The translations under genes and the position numbers were made by a program. A stretch of 63,868 bases of DNA, the filler included, from Octopus bimaculoides (taxonomy: Eukaryota): NCBI RefSeq assembly GCF_001194135.2. It is 5 parts of 5 records of this genome, joined end to end, with 100 filler letters (N's around TTAATTAATTAA, not from the genome) between each part and the next. Parts side by side here need not be neighbours in the genome. Positions count along the whole stretch, not along the records: positions 16,081 to 39,558 come from NC_068986.1; positions 39,659 to 44,884 come from NC_068982.1; positions 44,985 to 61,647 come from NC_068993.1; 2 more parts are not named here. One strand, 5' to 3'. The notes under the pieces were generated by a model, which was given only the letters and a program-made list of their open reading frames with translations, was not told where the DNA came from and searched no databases. Positions 36,522 to 48,943 of this stretch are shown here, piece after piece. Positions within the stretch are counted from its first letter, which is position 1. Every line of letters begins with the position of its first letter.

Positions 36522-37295
36522 NNNNNNNNNNNNNNNNNNNNNNNNNNNNNNNNNNNNNNNNNNNNNNNNNNNNNNNNNNNNNNNNNNNNNNNNNNNNNNN
36601 NNNNNNNNNNNNNNNNNNNNNNNNNNNNNNNNNNNNNNNNNNNNNNNNNNNNNNNNNNNNNNNNNNNNNNNNNNNNNNNNNNNNNNNNNNNNNNNNNNNN
36701 NNNNNNNNNNNNNNNNNNNNNNNNNNNNNNNNNNNNNNNNNNNNNNNNNNNNNNNNNNNNNNNNNNNNNNNNNNNNNNNNNNNNNNNNNNNNNNNNNNNN
36801 NNNNNNNNNNNNNNNNNNNNNNNNNNNNNNNNNNNNNNNNNNNNNNNNNNNNNNNNNNNNNNNNNNNNNNNTGTGTGTGTGTGTGTGTGTGTATGTTTGT
36901 GTGTCTGTGTTTGTCCCCCAACATCGCTTGACAACAGATGTTGGTGTGTTTACGTCCCCGTAACTTAACGCTTCAGCCAAAGGAACCGAAAGAATAAGTA
37001 CTATGCTTGCAAAGAATAAGTTCTGGGGTCAATTCGTTCGACTAAAGCAGTCATTTGACTGCGGCCATGCTGGACCACCACCTTTCGTCGAACAAATAGT
37101 CACAGACACACAAATACAAACACAAACATATGCCATGGGCCTCTTTCAGATTCCGTCTACCAAATCCACTCACATGGCTTTGGTCGGCCCGAGGCTATAG
37201 TAGAAGAAACTTTCCCAAGGTGCTACATAGTGGGACTGAACCCAGGAACCATGTGTTAGCGAAGCAAGCTTCGTATCACACAGCCACTCCTGCGT
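36358..37295. mobile_element. Family C SINE (+, spanning a gap) abutting an oppositely oriented family C SINE
   Basis: Plus head ggtaagtagcttgcttacctaccacatgg at ~36366. The minus copy runs from cagtcatttgactgcggcc (~37048) to the head ending ...cacagccactcctgcg (~37293). Confidence 0.75.
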
Positions 37296-37348
37296 ATATG
37301 TATGTATAGATATTTATTTAATCATATGTACCTGGATGTAACTATTAA

Positions 37349-37388
<40 letters not shown>

Positions 37389-38124
37389 NNNNNNNNNNNN
37401 NNNNNNNNNNNNNNNNNNNNNNNNNNNNNNNNNNNNNNNNNNNNNNNNNNNNNNNNNNNNNNNNNNNNNNNNNNNNNNNNNNNNNNNNNNNNNNNNNNNN
37501 NNNNNNNNNNNNNNNNNNNNNNNNNNNNNNNNNNNNNNNNNNNNNNNNNNNNNNNNNNNNNNNNNNNNNNNNNNNNNNNNNNNNNNNNNNNNNNNNNNNN
37601 NNNNNNNNNNNNNNNNNNNNNNNNNNNNNNNNNNNNNNNNNNNNNNNNNNNNNNNNNNNNNNNNNNNNNNNNNNNNNNNNNNNNNNNNNNNNNNNNNNNN
37701 NNNNNNNNNNNNNNNNNNNNNNNNNNNNNNNNNNNNNNNNNNNNNNNNNNNNNNNNNNNNNNNNNNNNNNNNNNNNNNNNNNNNNNNNNNNNNNNNNNNN
37801 NNNNNNNNNNNNNNNNNNNNNNNNNNNNNNNNNNNNNNNNNNNNNNNNNNNNNNNNNNNNNNNNNNNNNNNNNNNNNNNNNNNNNNNNNNNNNNNNNNNN
37901 NNNNNNNNNNNNNNNNNNNNNNNNNNNNNNNNNNNNNNNNNNNNNNNNNNNNNNNNNNNNNNNNNNNNNNNNNNNNNNNNNNNNNNNNNNNNNNNNNNNN
38001 NNNNNNNNNNNNNNNNNNNNNNNNNNNNNNNNNNNNNNNNNNNNNNNNNNNNNNNNNNNNNNNNNNNNNAAAATTACTGACCCTATGCTGAGATATGAAT
38101 CGATTATGATAGTTATCAATATTC

Positions 38125-38820
38125 TTTTCTACTCTAGACACAAGCCCCGAATTTTTTAGGGTGGGGGCCAGTCGATTAGATCGACCCCAGTACGCAACTG
38201 GTACTTAATTTATCGACCGCGAAAGGATCAAAGGCAAAGTCGACCTCGGTGGAATTTGAACTCAGAACATAAAGACAGACGAAATACTGCTAAGCATTTC
38301 GCCCGGCGTGCTAACGTTTCTGCCAGATCGCTGCCTTCATTCTTATCAATATTCTTTTCTTTTCTAGGCACAAGGTCGGAAATGTTTGAGTAGGGGGCCA
38401 GTCGATTAGATCGACCTCAGTACACAACTGGTACTTAATTTATCGACCTCGAAAGGATAAAAGGCAGAGTTGACCACGGTGGAATTTGAACTCAGAACGT
38501 AAAGACAGACGGAACACCACTAAGTATTTCGCCCGGCATGCTAAAGTTTCTATCAGCTCGCCACCTACATTGTTATCAAAATTGTCATGATTCACCATCA
38601 TTTTCGTTCACGTCGCCATCGGTTTTGACAATATTATTCATTATCAAAAGGCGACGGACTGGCAGGGGAATCATTGTCACGCTTAGCGGCATTGAGTCCG
38701 TCTTTACGTTCTGGGTTCATATTCCGCCGAGGTCGATTTTGCCTATCGTCCCTTCAAAGTCGATGAATTAAGTACCAGTCAAGCACTGAGGTCATTGTAA
38801 TCGACTTACCCACCTCTCNN
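38125..38820. mobile_element. Cluster of three family E SINEs (two tandem minus, one plus)
   Basis: Repeated gccagtcgattagatcgacc.cagtac.caactggtacttaattta segments, plus a forward copy at ~38680-38818. Confidence 0.8.
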
Positions 38821-39558
38821 NNNNNNNNTTGTACATGTGTATACATATATATGAGACACGCACAAACGCACACTCAGACACACATATAGCTAGTGTAGAA
38901 CGACCTTTTTTGAGTGTGAATGATATTGTTGTACGATTCAATTTTCTCACTGCTTTCCTATCATGACTAATGATTATGAATGTTTGCAAATGTCGACTTC
39001 GTGTAGAAAGCATCGAACATAATGAAAATGGCGCCGCATTGAAAACAGATAACAAAGAAACAAATTACCTCCCTTAGGTATATTGCATATACTTTCACAC
39101 TAAACATTTTATAGCGCTTTCCTACATTATTGTCTTACGCCGAAGTCTGATTATCGGTAACCATGTTCAAATCAGATATTGTTTCATGATAAACCGAAAT
39201 AATAATATTAGAAATAATAATTATCCGTTGTCGGCGGCGTCTTAATTATCGTTCTCATTACCGTTGTTATCGTGAACGCGGCCGAGCAGGTCGGATAATG
39301 TTTAACCACATGTCGTCCGGCTTTATGTTCTGAGTTCAAATTCATACGACACCGAAACTGCGTTTTGTCCTTCTGTGGTCGATAAAACAAAGTACACGCA
39401 GAATAGATGGGTCGCAAAATTACTGACCCTATGCTGAGATATGAATCGATTATGATAGTTATCAATATTCTTTTCTACTCTAGACACAAGCCCCGAATTT
39501 TTTAGGGTGGGGGCCAGTCGATTAGATCGACCCCAGTACGCAACTGGTACTTAATTTA

Positions 39559-39658
39559 NNNNNNNNNNNNNNNNNNNNNNNNNNNNNNNNNNNNNNNNNN
39601 NNTTAATTAATTAANNNNNNNNNNNNNNNNNNNNNNNNNNNNNNNNNNNNNNNNNNNN
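39559..39658. other. Artificial scaffold linker
   Basis: 44 N + TTAATTAATTAA + 44 N. Confidence 0.92.
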
Positions 39659-39920
39659 ATAATTGGTGGCACCTTGCTTATGGCTAGTGTTTCGAGAATC
39701 CACGCGTGGGGAACACTGTTGAAAGCCTTTTGGTAGTCCACCCAGGCCATACTGAGGCCTCTCTTCTTTCTGCGGCTGTCTTCAGTTATGGCTTTATTCA
39801 TCAATAATTGATCTTTACAGCCGTATGGACCCTTGCAGCATCCCTTCTGCTCTTCTGGAAACAGGTTGTTATTTTCCAGGTGCTTACTCAATCTCTGCGA
39901 TATTATTGCAGTAAACTGAA
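39659..39920 (-). mobile_element. R4/Dong-like reverse transcriptase fragment (inverted)
   Basis: Reads FTAIISQRLSKHLENNNLFPEEQKGC...CKDQLLMNKAI...LSMAWVDYQKAFNSVPHAWILETL. Confidence 0.9.
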
Positions 39921-39921
39921 C

Positions 39922-39960
<39 letters not shown>

Positions 39961-39962
<2 letters not shown>

Positions 39963-41203
39963 GCCCCACTCTGTTTAGTATTAAGGAGGGCAAAAACAGG
40001 GTATCAGATCAGAAAAAGTAAGGGAAAAAATGAACCATTTGCTCTATATGGATGATTTGATGCTTTTTACTAAGAATGAAAAAGAGATATATTCCTTATT
40101 ACAGTCTGTAAGACTCTTCAGCAAAGATATACGCATGAAATTTGGCATAGATAAGTGTGCAATATTAGTCACGAGAAGGGGACAGGTAGTCAACAGTGAA
40201 AGTATCCAATTACCAGGTGGCCAGACATTAAAACCATTGAAAGGAAGAGAGAGTTATAAGTATCTAGGAGTATTAGAATCTGATAGAGTCCTAACTACAT
40301 GAAAACGAAAGTTGAGAAGGAGTACATCAGAAGGGTAAGGAAGCTAATGAAATCAAAGCTGAATGACCCGAATCTAGTGAAGTGAATAACCCGAATCTAG
40401 TAAATACTTGGGTAGTATCATTACTTATATACCCAGTAGCTTTTGTAGATTGGACAAAAGCAGAATTAGCAAAGCTAGGCAGAAGAACTAGGAAAGAATA
40501 CAATATGAATAGAAGACTCCACCCAACGGTAGAAATAGCAAGATTATACCTACCTAGAAAGGAAGGCGCAATAGTGTTAATATCAGTAGAAGACTGCGTG
40601 GAGTTAGCTAGAGTAGATATAGACTCCTTTGTAAGTAATAGTGAAGAAAGTTTATTAAAAGCTGCTAGAGTCACAGCAAGACATGGGGAAACCAAAAACC
40701 CAAATGAAGTTAAAACCAGAAAAAAGAACAAAAACTATCTGACTGGTAGGAGGTGTTCCATGGTAGATTCCCAAAGATAGTTCCAGCAAATAGTAGTAGT
40801 GAGACATAGTTGCAGAAAAGAAAGTTGAAAAGGGAGACAGAAAGTTTGTTAGTTGTTGTACAATATCAAGCGTTAAGGACTAAATCTATAAAAGCCAAGA
40901 CAGACAAAAACCGAATTGATTCCTAATGTAGAATATGCAAAGCAAAACAGGAAAGCGTTACTAAGTGAATGTAGCATACTGGCACAGAAAGAATATAAGA
41001 AAAGACATGACAATGCCGTGAGAATAATCCACTGGGAGCTATGTAGAAAGCTAGAATTTGAACATACTGATTAATGGTATGAACATGAATATAGTAAAGT
41101 ACTAGAAAGTAAGAAATACAAGATGTGGGACTTTAACATCCAGACTGACAGAGTAATAGAAGCTAGAAGGCTTGATTTTGCACACGTAGATAAAAAGGAA
41201 AGT
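39961..41203 (+). mobile_element. 5'-truncated R4/Dong-like LINE (RT C-half, zinc knuckle, start of RLE domain), degenerate
   Basis: Reads PLCLVLRR..GY..MNHLLYMDDL..GIDKC..YKYLG; RLYLPRKEG; CRICK..SEC..EYKKRHDN; WDFNIQTDRVIEARR. Begins right after (AAT)13. Confidence 0.9.
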
Positions 41204-41779
41204 NNNNNNNNNNNNNNNNNNNNNNNNNNNNNNNNNNNNNNNNNNNNNNNNNNNNNNNNNNNNNNNNNNNNNNNNNNNNNNNNNNNNNNNNNNNNNNNNN
41301 NNNNNNNNNNNNNNNNNNNNNNNNNNNNNNNNNNNNNNNNNNNNNNNNNNNNNNNNNNNNNNNNNNNNNNNNNNNNNNNNNNNNNNNNNNNNNNNNNNNN
41401 NNNNNNNNNNNNNNNNNNNNNNNNNNNNNNNNNNNNNNNNNNNNNNNNNNNNNNNNNNNNNNNNNNNNNNNNNNNNNNNNNNNNNNNNNNNNNNNNNNNN
41501 NNNNNNNNNNNNNNNNNNNNNNNNNNNNNNNNNNNNNNNNNNNNNNNNNNNNNNNNNNNNNNNNNNNNNNNNNNNNNNNNNNNNNNNNNNNNNNNNNNNN
41601 NNNNNNNNNNNNNNNNNNNNNNNNNNNNNNNNNNNNNNNNNNNNNNNNNNNNNNNNNNNNNNNNNNNNNNNNNNNNNNNNNNNNNNNNNNNNNNNNNNNN
41701 NNNNNNNNNNNNNNNNNNNNNNNNNNNNNNNNNNNNNNNNNNNNNNNNNNNNNNNNNNNNNNNNNNNNNNNNNNNNNNN

Positions 41780-41838
<59 letters not shown>

Positions 41839-41839
<1 letters not shown>

Positions 41840-41920
41840 TGCCACAGCACATACCCAAGGCACACAGAGCTGCGCTCGGTAGTGAAGTGAAAGCACGTTA
41901 TAAAAATAAAACTACTGAAC
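41839..41920 (+). mobile_element. Short 3'-end piece bounded by (TAA)n
   Basis: An 82-bp non-repetitive segment sits between two TAA tracts. It is inferred to be the 3' end of a related element. Confidence 0.5.
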
Positions 41921-41942
41921 AATAATAATAATAATAATAATA

Positions 41943-42004
<62 letters not shown>

Positions 42005-42025
42005 AATAATAACAATAATAATAAT

Positions 42026-42426
42026 ACACTTGACCAGACTCCGGAAACCGGACGTTGCTGTGGTGAGTGAAAAAGAAAGAACATGTATGAGAATCGACAT
42101 AGCATGTCCCGGTGACAACAGGATCAATGTGAAAGAAGAAAAAATAAATGACAATTTAAAGTGAGAAATACGAAGGTTGTGTTCAATGAAGAGAGTAGAC
42201 GTTATACCAATAATAATTGGTGCACTTGGAAGTATCAGTACTCAACTACCAACATGGTTGAAAAAGATTGGTACAAATGTGTAGGTAGAACACGTATAAA
42301 AATCAGCATTGCTTGGAACTGCAAGAATTCTTGAAGCATGACCAGTAAACAAGTGTCACCTTAGTTTGCTGGCCGTGGATAGCTAATACTTTCCGTCATA
42401 CCCAGCAAAATAAGCTGTGTGTTTTC

Positions 42427-42429
<3 letters not shown>
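42026..42429 (+). mobile_element. Second, more truncated R4/Dong-like copy (RLE domain, 3'UTR, (TAA)n tail)
   Basis: Reads RKPDVAVVSEKERTCMRIDIACPGD..KEEK...IPIIIGALG...KSALLGTARIL, followed by (TAA)n from ~42430. Confidence 0.88.
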
Positions 42430-42496
<67 letters not shown>

Positions 42497-42523
42497 TATT
42501 ATTATTATTATTATTATTATTAT
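42430..42523. repeat. (TAA)n directly fused to (TTA)n (palindromic AT tract)
   Basis: Orientation switches at ~42495. Confidence 0.9.
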
Positions 42524-42845
42524 AACAACAACATGGAGATGTAGCAAGTGATGCAATAGAAATTTGAAACTATCACATGTCGAATAATAATAATGGTGAT
42601 AATGATAGTAATAACAATATTAATGGTTTTATCAATTCCTGGAGGTTGAATGAAAAGCCCAGAAGGATAAAAAGACGAAGTCGACTGGGGTACAAGTTGA
42701 ACACAGATTGTATTGAGCTGTAACAAATACCACAAAACAATTTTTTGTTTCCGATGCTCTAACAATTCTACCTTGGTCGGAATATACGTGAGTTGATTAT
42801 AATTTATCAGTGAAATAGAACTATTTCTGTTTTGTTTCTCGCTAG

Positions 42846-42900
42846 AAGCCATTTTATATTCACATTCTACGATTGCGTTGAAAAACAAAGATTATGAAAG
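42846..42900 (+). other. Candidate 55-nt exon
   Basis: Strong acceptor tttctgttttgtttctcgctAG and donor AAG|GTATGA. One frame is open (AILYSHSTIALKNKDYE). Confidence 0.3.
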
Positions 42901-43481
42901 GTATGATCATCACATCTTAAGCAAACGCTAAATCGGTAAATATTAATCCTTCTATTCCTGTAAATTAGAGACAGATTAACATTTGGAATTGTAGCGCTTT
43001 CTTGAAATATACTGATTATATTTTTAATATTTTAGCTTTCCGACAGAAACGTACATGAAATTGCTCCTAACCAAAAAGAAAGTAAAAAAATAAAACAATT
43101 TCTATTCTGGTTCGAGCTGGAATTTAATTCTAATTTTGTCTTGTGGATAAATATCAAAATCAGAAACACAATGAAATATATATTAGCTAGCAGACAAATC
43201 TCTATATCTCTGTGTAGGAAAAACTATTCATCGAAATAACAAAATGTAACACCTAAGAATGTAAAGTGTCATTTCTAACAAAGACATGAAACACGTGTAA
43301 TGATAAATATTTTTAATGAGGTGTTAAAGCTATAGGTATTTACCATTATAATGCAAACGAAATCTAAGAGAGAGCTATGTACATCCAAATGTACACGTAT
43401 GAATTCACAGACACTTAGATACATATACACATGAATATGTATGTATATATATATGTGCATATGTGTATATATGTATATACA

Positions 43482-43543
<62 letters not shown>

Positions 43544-43639
43544 TGTGTGTGTGTGTGTGTATCTACATGCATACACACACAAACATACAAACACACACAC
43601 ACATATACTTATATGCGTGCGTATGTGTGTCCTTTTTCT

Positions 43640-44100
43640 TTCACTTGTTTGAATCATTAGACTGCAGCTATACAGGAGCACCAACTTGAAGAATTTTAGT
43701 CGAATGAGTCGACCCTCTTACTTATTTTCTTACAAGAGGCATATTTCAACATACCATTCTCTGTCGCTGAACTGCTAATTTACAACGAATTAAACACACC
43801 AACACCGGTTTCAAGCGGTGGGGGCATACAAAGACAGACGCATGCATACATATATATACATATATACATGCACACACACATACACACACACTTATACACA
43901 CTTATACACACACACTTATACACACTTATACACACACACACACACACGCGTGCACTCACAAACGCACATGTAAACACACTCACATACACACATATATAAT
44001 ATATACGTCGGGCTTCTTTCAATGTCTGTCAACCAAATCCACCCACAAGGCTTCGGTCTGCTAGAAGTTATGGTAGGAAAACCTCATGCAAGGTGTTAAC
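43640..44100 (-). mobile_element. Family C SINE with internal (CA)n/(TA)n
   Basis: Diverged 3' domain at ~43640-43830 and ...accaaatccacccacaaggc at ~44030-44050. Confidence 0.7.
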
Positions 44101-44884
44101 AGCGAGACCAAACTGGGGATTTTGCAGTTGATTCCAAATAGTAATTGCACAGCAATCTGGTAATAACTGCGCTAAATACTTTAGACCTTTTACCATAATA
44201 GTTACTTCAAAATACAGCTGCCCTTTGGTGATAGCGTTACTTCTGCTGGCAGTCAAGCTATTTTTCGGAAAGTCTAGATACTCAGCGGACACATTTCATA
44301 CCTTCCGTGAGTTGATTTTTCATTGGGAAGCGGCCACTAAACGGCTACTATGCATGCACATTGTTCAACTTCTCTACACACAATGTAGATATATAGCTTA
44401 GTGGTTAGGGTAATCGGCTCTTGATCGTAAGATCGTAAGATTTTCGGCGTCGCGTTGTCCCTTTGAGCGATAAACTTTATTTCACGTTGCTTCACTCAAC
44501 TCAGCTGGCAAAAATGTGCTGTACGTGTAGTTCAAAGGGCCGGCCTTGTCATATCAAAAAAAGGGGAGGAATAAAGTAAGAAAATCAGGACTAAACTAAG
44601 AGTATTAAAGCTATGGTTTCAGAATTGATAATATGGTAGAAGAGACTTAGAATTAGCTAGAGAAATGTAGGAATATTATCAGTGGGTTGGGAAAGGTTAA
44701 AATGTATTCCAAATTTATACTTTAAAGCTATAACTCAAATAAAGTAGTTAATAGTCTGGGAAACGAAAGGAATTAGAATAATATATTATTAGCAATATTT
44801 ACTTTTTAAAATATCTAAAGGTGCGAGAGTAACAATGTACACATAGAACCCTAAGGTCAGATCTATTGTTAATTAGATTAGGAT

Positions 44885-44984
44885 NNNNNNNNNNNNNNNN
44901 NNNNNNNNNNNNNNNNNNNNNNNNNNNNTTAATTAATTAANNNNNNNNNNNNNNNNNNNNNNNNNNNNNNNNNNNNNNNNNNNN
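44885..44984. other. Artificial scaffold linker
   Basis: 44 N + TTAATTAATTAA + 44 N. Confidence 0.92.
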
Positions 44985-45039
<55 letters not shown>

Positions 45040-45439
45040 GGTATTAAAGACACGAGAGAGAAAAAGCAGAGTGAGAGTGAAATGAGGGTTGGAAGTAAAT
45101 TGATATGTGTGACTTAAAATATATTCATTCACATCCTTGTGTATTTTTGTATGACGTGTATGAGTTAAAAATTGGGATAATTTCGACTTGTTGCATTTAT
45201 TTATACAACTTTCATGTGTATCTGAAGCCTCTGTTTACTCTAGTTTTTATATTTATCTTCTTTCAGTGAAGAGCTTCAGATGAAAATAAAAAATTAAAAA
45301 GAACACAATGTCATAGGTTGTAGATAATGATAATAATCACTCTTCTATACATCTGTAGATGCACAAACAATTATATATGTATGCACACACATACGTACAT
45401 ATGTGATAGGAGACTTGCTTCCCAACTACATGGTTCTGG

Positions 45440-45825
45440 AGTGGAGGCGCAATGGCCCAGTGGTTAGGGCAGCCGACTCGCGGTTGTAGGATCGTGGTTT
45501 CGATTCCTAGACCGGGCGTTGTGAGTGTTTACTGAGCGAAAACACCTAAAGCTCCACGAGGCTCCGGCAAGGGATGGTGGCGAATCCTGCTGTACTCTTT
45601 CACCACAACTTTCTCTCACTCTTTCTTCCTGTTTCTGTTGTACCTGTATTTCAAAGGGTCAGCCCTGTCACACTGTGTCATGCTGAATATCCCCGAGAAC
45701 TACGTTACGGGTACACGTGTCTGTGGAGTGCTCAGCCACTTGCACGTTAATTTCACGAGCAGGCTGTTCCGTTGATCGGATCAACTGGAACCCTCGTTGT
45801 CGTAACCGACGGAGTGCCAACAACA
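45440..45825 (+). mobile_element. Full-length family A SINE nested in a family C SINE head, 12-bp TSD
   Basis: ACATGGTTCTGG at 45428-45439 and 45826-45837. The host reads cttgcttcccaactacatggttctgg|gttcagtc across the insertion. Confidence 0.92.
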
Positions 45826-45989
45826 ACATGGTTCTGGGTTCAGTCTCGCTGAGTGACACCATGAACAAGTGTTTACTGCGATAACCCTGGGTGGGTGCAA
45901 CCAAAGCCTTCTTATTATCCCTACATGTGACTAAAGTGTAAAGCAATATCATTGGACACCGAACCAAAGATTATAAAGAAAGGAAAGAA

Positions 45990-47070
45990 GAAGCAGGAAA
46001 AAATTATCTTTAAGGTGTTGTTAGGACTCGTTCTGACAACTTCAGAAATCATAGTGAATCAATCTCCTAAAGTAAATTTACTCAGCAAAATTTAAAGGGG
46101 AGTGTCGATGGTAAACTGACGTGTACGTGAAATAAAATCAATACGAAATTAAAAAAAGAAAGGAATGTTTAAATGAAGTATATCACATTCTCCGAAGTCA
46201 TTATCTAGCAAAAAGATGTTAAATGTATTTAATCTATTGAAAGGATTTGAGAAAACCACTCAAACATCTGTTGCTTCTCGCCGACTGCTTGAAGAATTCA
46301 TTAAACGAAGAAGTCTCTTTAGCAATTACATACCAGGGGTGGAGGAACCAGAGCCAGCAATATCTGATAATCAAGTAGTATCGGAATTTTTAGCACAAAC
46401 GAAAGGAAAGAAGTAGTATCTATCAAACCTAGATTTTATGTGGACTATTTAGGAAATTTCGTTTTTGTATTTGGTTCAGTAGACCTAGAGTAGAGATGGT
46501 ATATCATTGATAAGTTCGTGAATGGCCACGAAAGGACCTTGACAACCTTAGATGATTAACTGATTGACCGAACGGTTAATTAAACAATTGATTAATGAAT
46601 TGTTTAAATCGTTAACCAATTGACTAATAGAAATAATGAAGTGAAATAGAACCAGTGCATGTGTTTATAATTGACATAATGGTTCTCGGAAGATAGAACA
46701 AAATACGATAATATTTATCCTCTAAAACTTTGATCCCAAAGAAGGATACAAAAAAAGCAGTAAGGTAAACAGCCGAAAAAACCCCACTCATATTGTGGTT
46801 TCGAGCAAATGTCAGTAGAGACTTGCAACGTAAGCAATAGCCTATTCATCATTCCGGTATTCCAAGAGAAATGGCAAGTATTTCTAAAGAGATTCTCCAA
46901 ATTTAATCTGGAAATCAAGCAGGAAGGGTCGAGTTTGGCAGGAACTGTTAACTGAATGTTTCTTTGGACATTATTGTCCAATTGTCAAACGTTACTGGGA
47001 GCAGAATATTTTCAAGTCGAAGGTATATCCGATTTTGTGGACGGCGTTATGGGCCATAACCTATTGAGTT
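45990..47070 (+). mobile_element. Possible highly degenerate L1/Tx1-type LINE 3' coding region
   Basis: Broken frames include PKVNLLSKI*RGVSMVN, KWQVFLKRF and GRVWQELLTECFFGHYCPIVKRYWEQ, reminiscent of the C..C...H.FF.CP.V..W zinc knuckle. Weak. Confidence 0.35.
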
Positions 47071-48318
47071 CATTTTCATTCTACAAAACACAACATCGTT
47101 ATTACATATAGTTCATGGATCGGAGCATTAGTTCTGTTTTCAAAGCGCTGACATGGCTGTGTGATCGTTTTACAAACACATAGTTTGAAGATCAATCCCA
47201 TTGCGCGGCACCTTGAGTAAACGTCTTCTACTATAGCTTCAGACCGACCAATGCCTTGTGAGCGAATTTAGTAGGATAAACGGAAACTCTGTAAAAGCCT
47301 GTTGTATATATATATATATATATATATATNNNNNNNNNNNNNNNNNNNNNNNNNNNNNNNNNNNNNNNNNNNNNNNNNNNNNNNNNNNNNNNNNNNNNNN
47401 NNNNNNNNNNNNNNNNNNNNNNNNNNNNNNNNNNNNNNNNNNNNNNNNNNNNNNNNNNNNNNNNNNNNNNNNNNNNNNNNNNNNNNNNNNNNNNNNNNNN
47501 NNNNNNNNNNNNNNNNNNNNNNNNNNNNNNNNNNNNNNNNNNNNNNNNNNNNNNNNNNNNNNNNNNNNNNNNNNNNNNNNNNNNNNNNNNNNNNNNNNNN
47601 NNNNNNNNNNNNNNNNNNNNNNNNNNNNNNNNNNNNNNNNNNNNAAACATGTTTAAACGATCAAATGATCAAATGTTCACATAAGATTCAATGAGTTTCA
47701 CAGGGACAGCTAATATCAAAATAAATATTCGGCGAATATTATAACAAATGTACATTATTGAAAGAAGTTCTGTCATATCGACTTTTTATAGATGGGAGTA
47801 AAAAAAGCTTTTTAACAATTTCTGTCGTGTTTTTCCTTCGCGTACTGGTCTCTTCGCTTTACAGGGTGTTTTTTTTTTTACTTTTTAAAGAAAAAAAAAA
47901 TGGCGTGTTGACTTCTCTCTCTGTCTTTTCTATCTCGACCAATCTGGCTTCCGTTCATCGGTCTCGTAACCCCATTACACCGGCATACCTCACCTGTGCC
48001 TCTCTGCCCCTCATTACCCTTGTTGCATCCAACTCTCTTCCCCAGCCTCGCTCTGACTAGTGTTTTTCTTTCTCAGATTATCGACCTCTGTAATCTTCCC
48101 CCTGTACATGTCTTACCTCCAAACTTTGACCTGCTATATCTTATATGGAACGTTAATAGCATCAGGTTGCCGTTGTGGGATCGAACCCAAAACTTTGTGG
48201 TTATGACGAAATCTTATTTAAACACTCAATCATGTCTGTATGAGTATACAAATGTATACATTCATACAAATAAAACGCAGACACACACACATGTATGTAT
48301 ATATATATGTATGTGTGT

Positions 48319-48419
<101 letters not shown>

Positions 48420-48699
48420 CATATATACATATATATTCTAAATAATCGATACGGAATTTAGAGTATACTGGAAACGATTTTTATCACAACAATCGTTTCG
48501 GAACATTCCGCACTGGAGGAATTTCTAACGCATATCCAACGACGAGTGTGCATTTACTGTGGATGACGCCAAGTAGTCATAAGAGGTGAACTTGCTCCGC
48601 CGGCACACTACTGAGAACATACCCAAAATATAGTTTAGATGGTAAATTTTAAATTTCAAATCTAAACTTTAAGACACTCACTCACCCTTCTCCGCACAC

Positions 48700-48857
48700 A
48701 AGTATATATATAATACATACATTTCCACCTATCCATTCCTTTATTCCATTATCCATTCAACCATCCATCCATCCATATATATGTGGATGGATGAATGGTT
48801 GAATGGATACTGGAATAATGGAATGGATGAGTGGAAATGTATGTATTATATATACTT
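48700..48857. repeat. Near-perfect ~78-bp inverted duplication with almost no spacer
   Basis: aagtatatatataatacatacatttccac...caaccatccatccatcc vs ggatggatgaatggttg...gtggaaatgtatgtattatatatactt. Confidence 0.9.
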
Positions 48858-48943
48858 CATATGTGGAAAATCGGTGTGTGTTTGTTTGTGGTGTTGTTAG
48901 CTAACTCATTTTACATCGTTTTTTTTTTTGATTTTGATGAAAC

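Noticed and set aside
38125-38555. Regularly repeated palindromic segments superficially like CRISPR repeats
   Set aside because: They are tandem copies of a SINE in eukaryotic DNA, with no unique spacers or cas genes.
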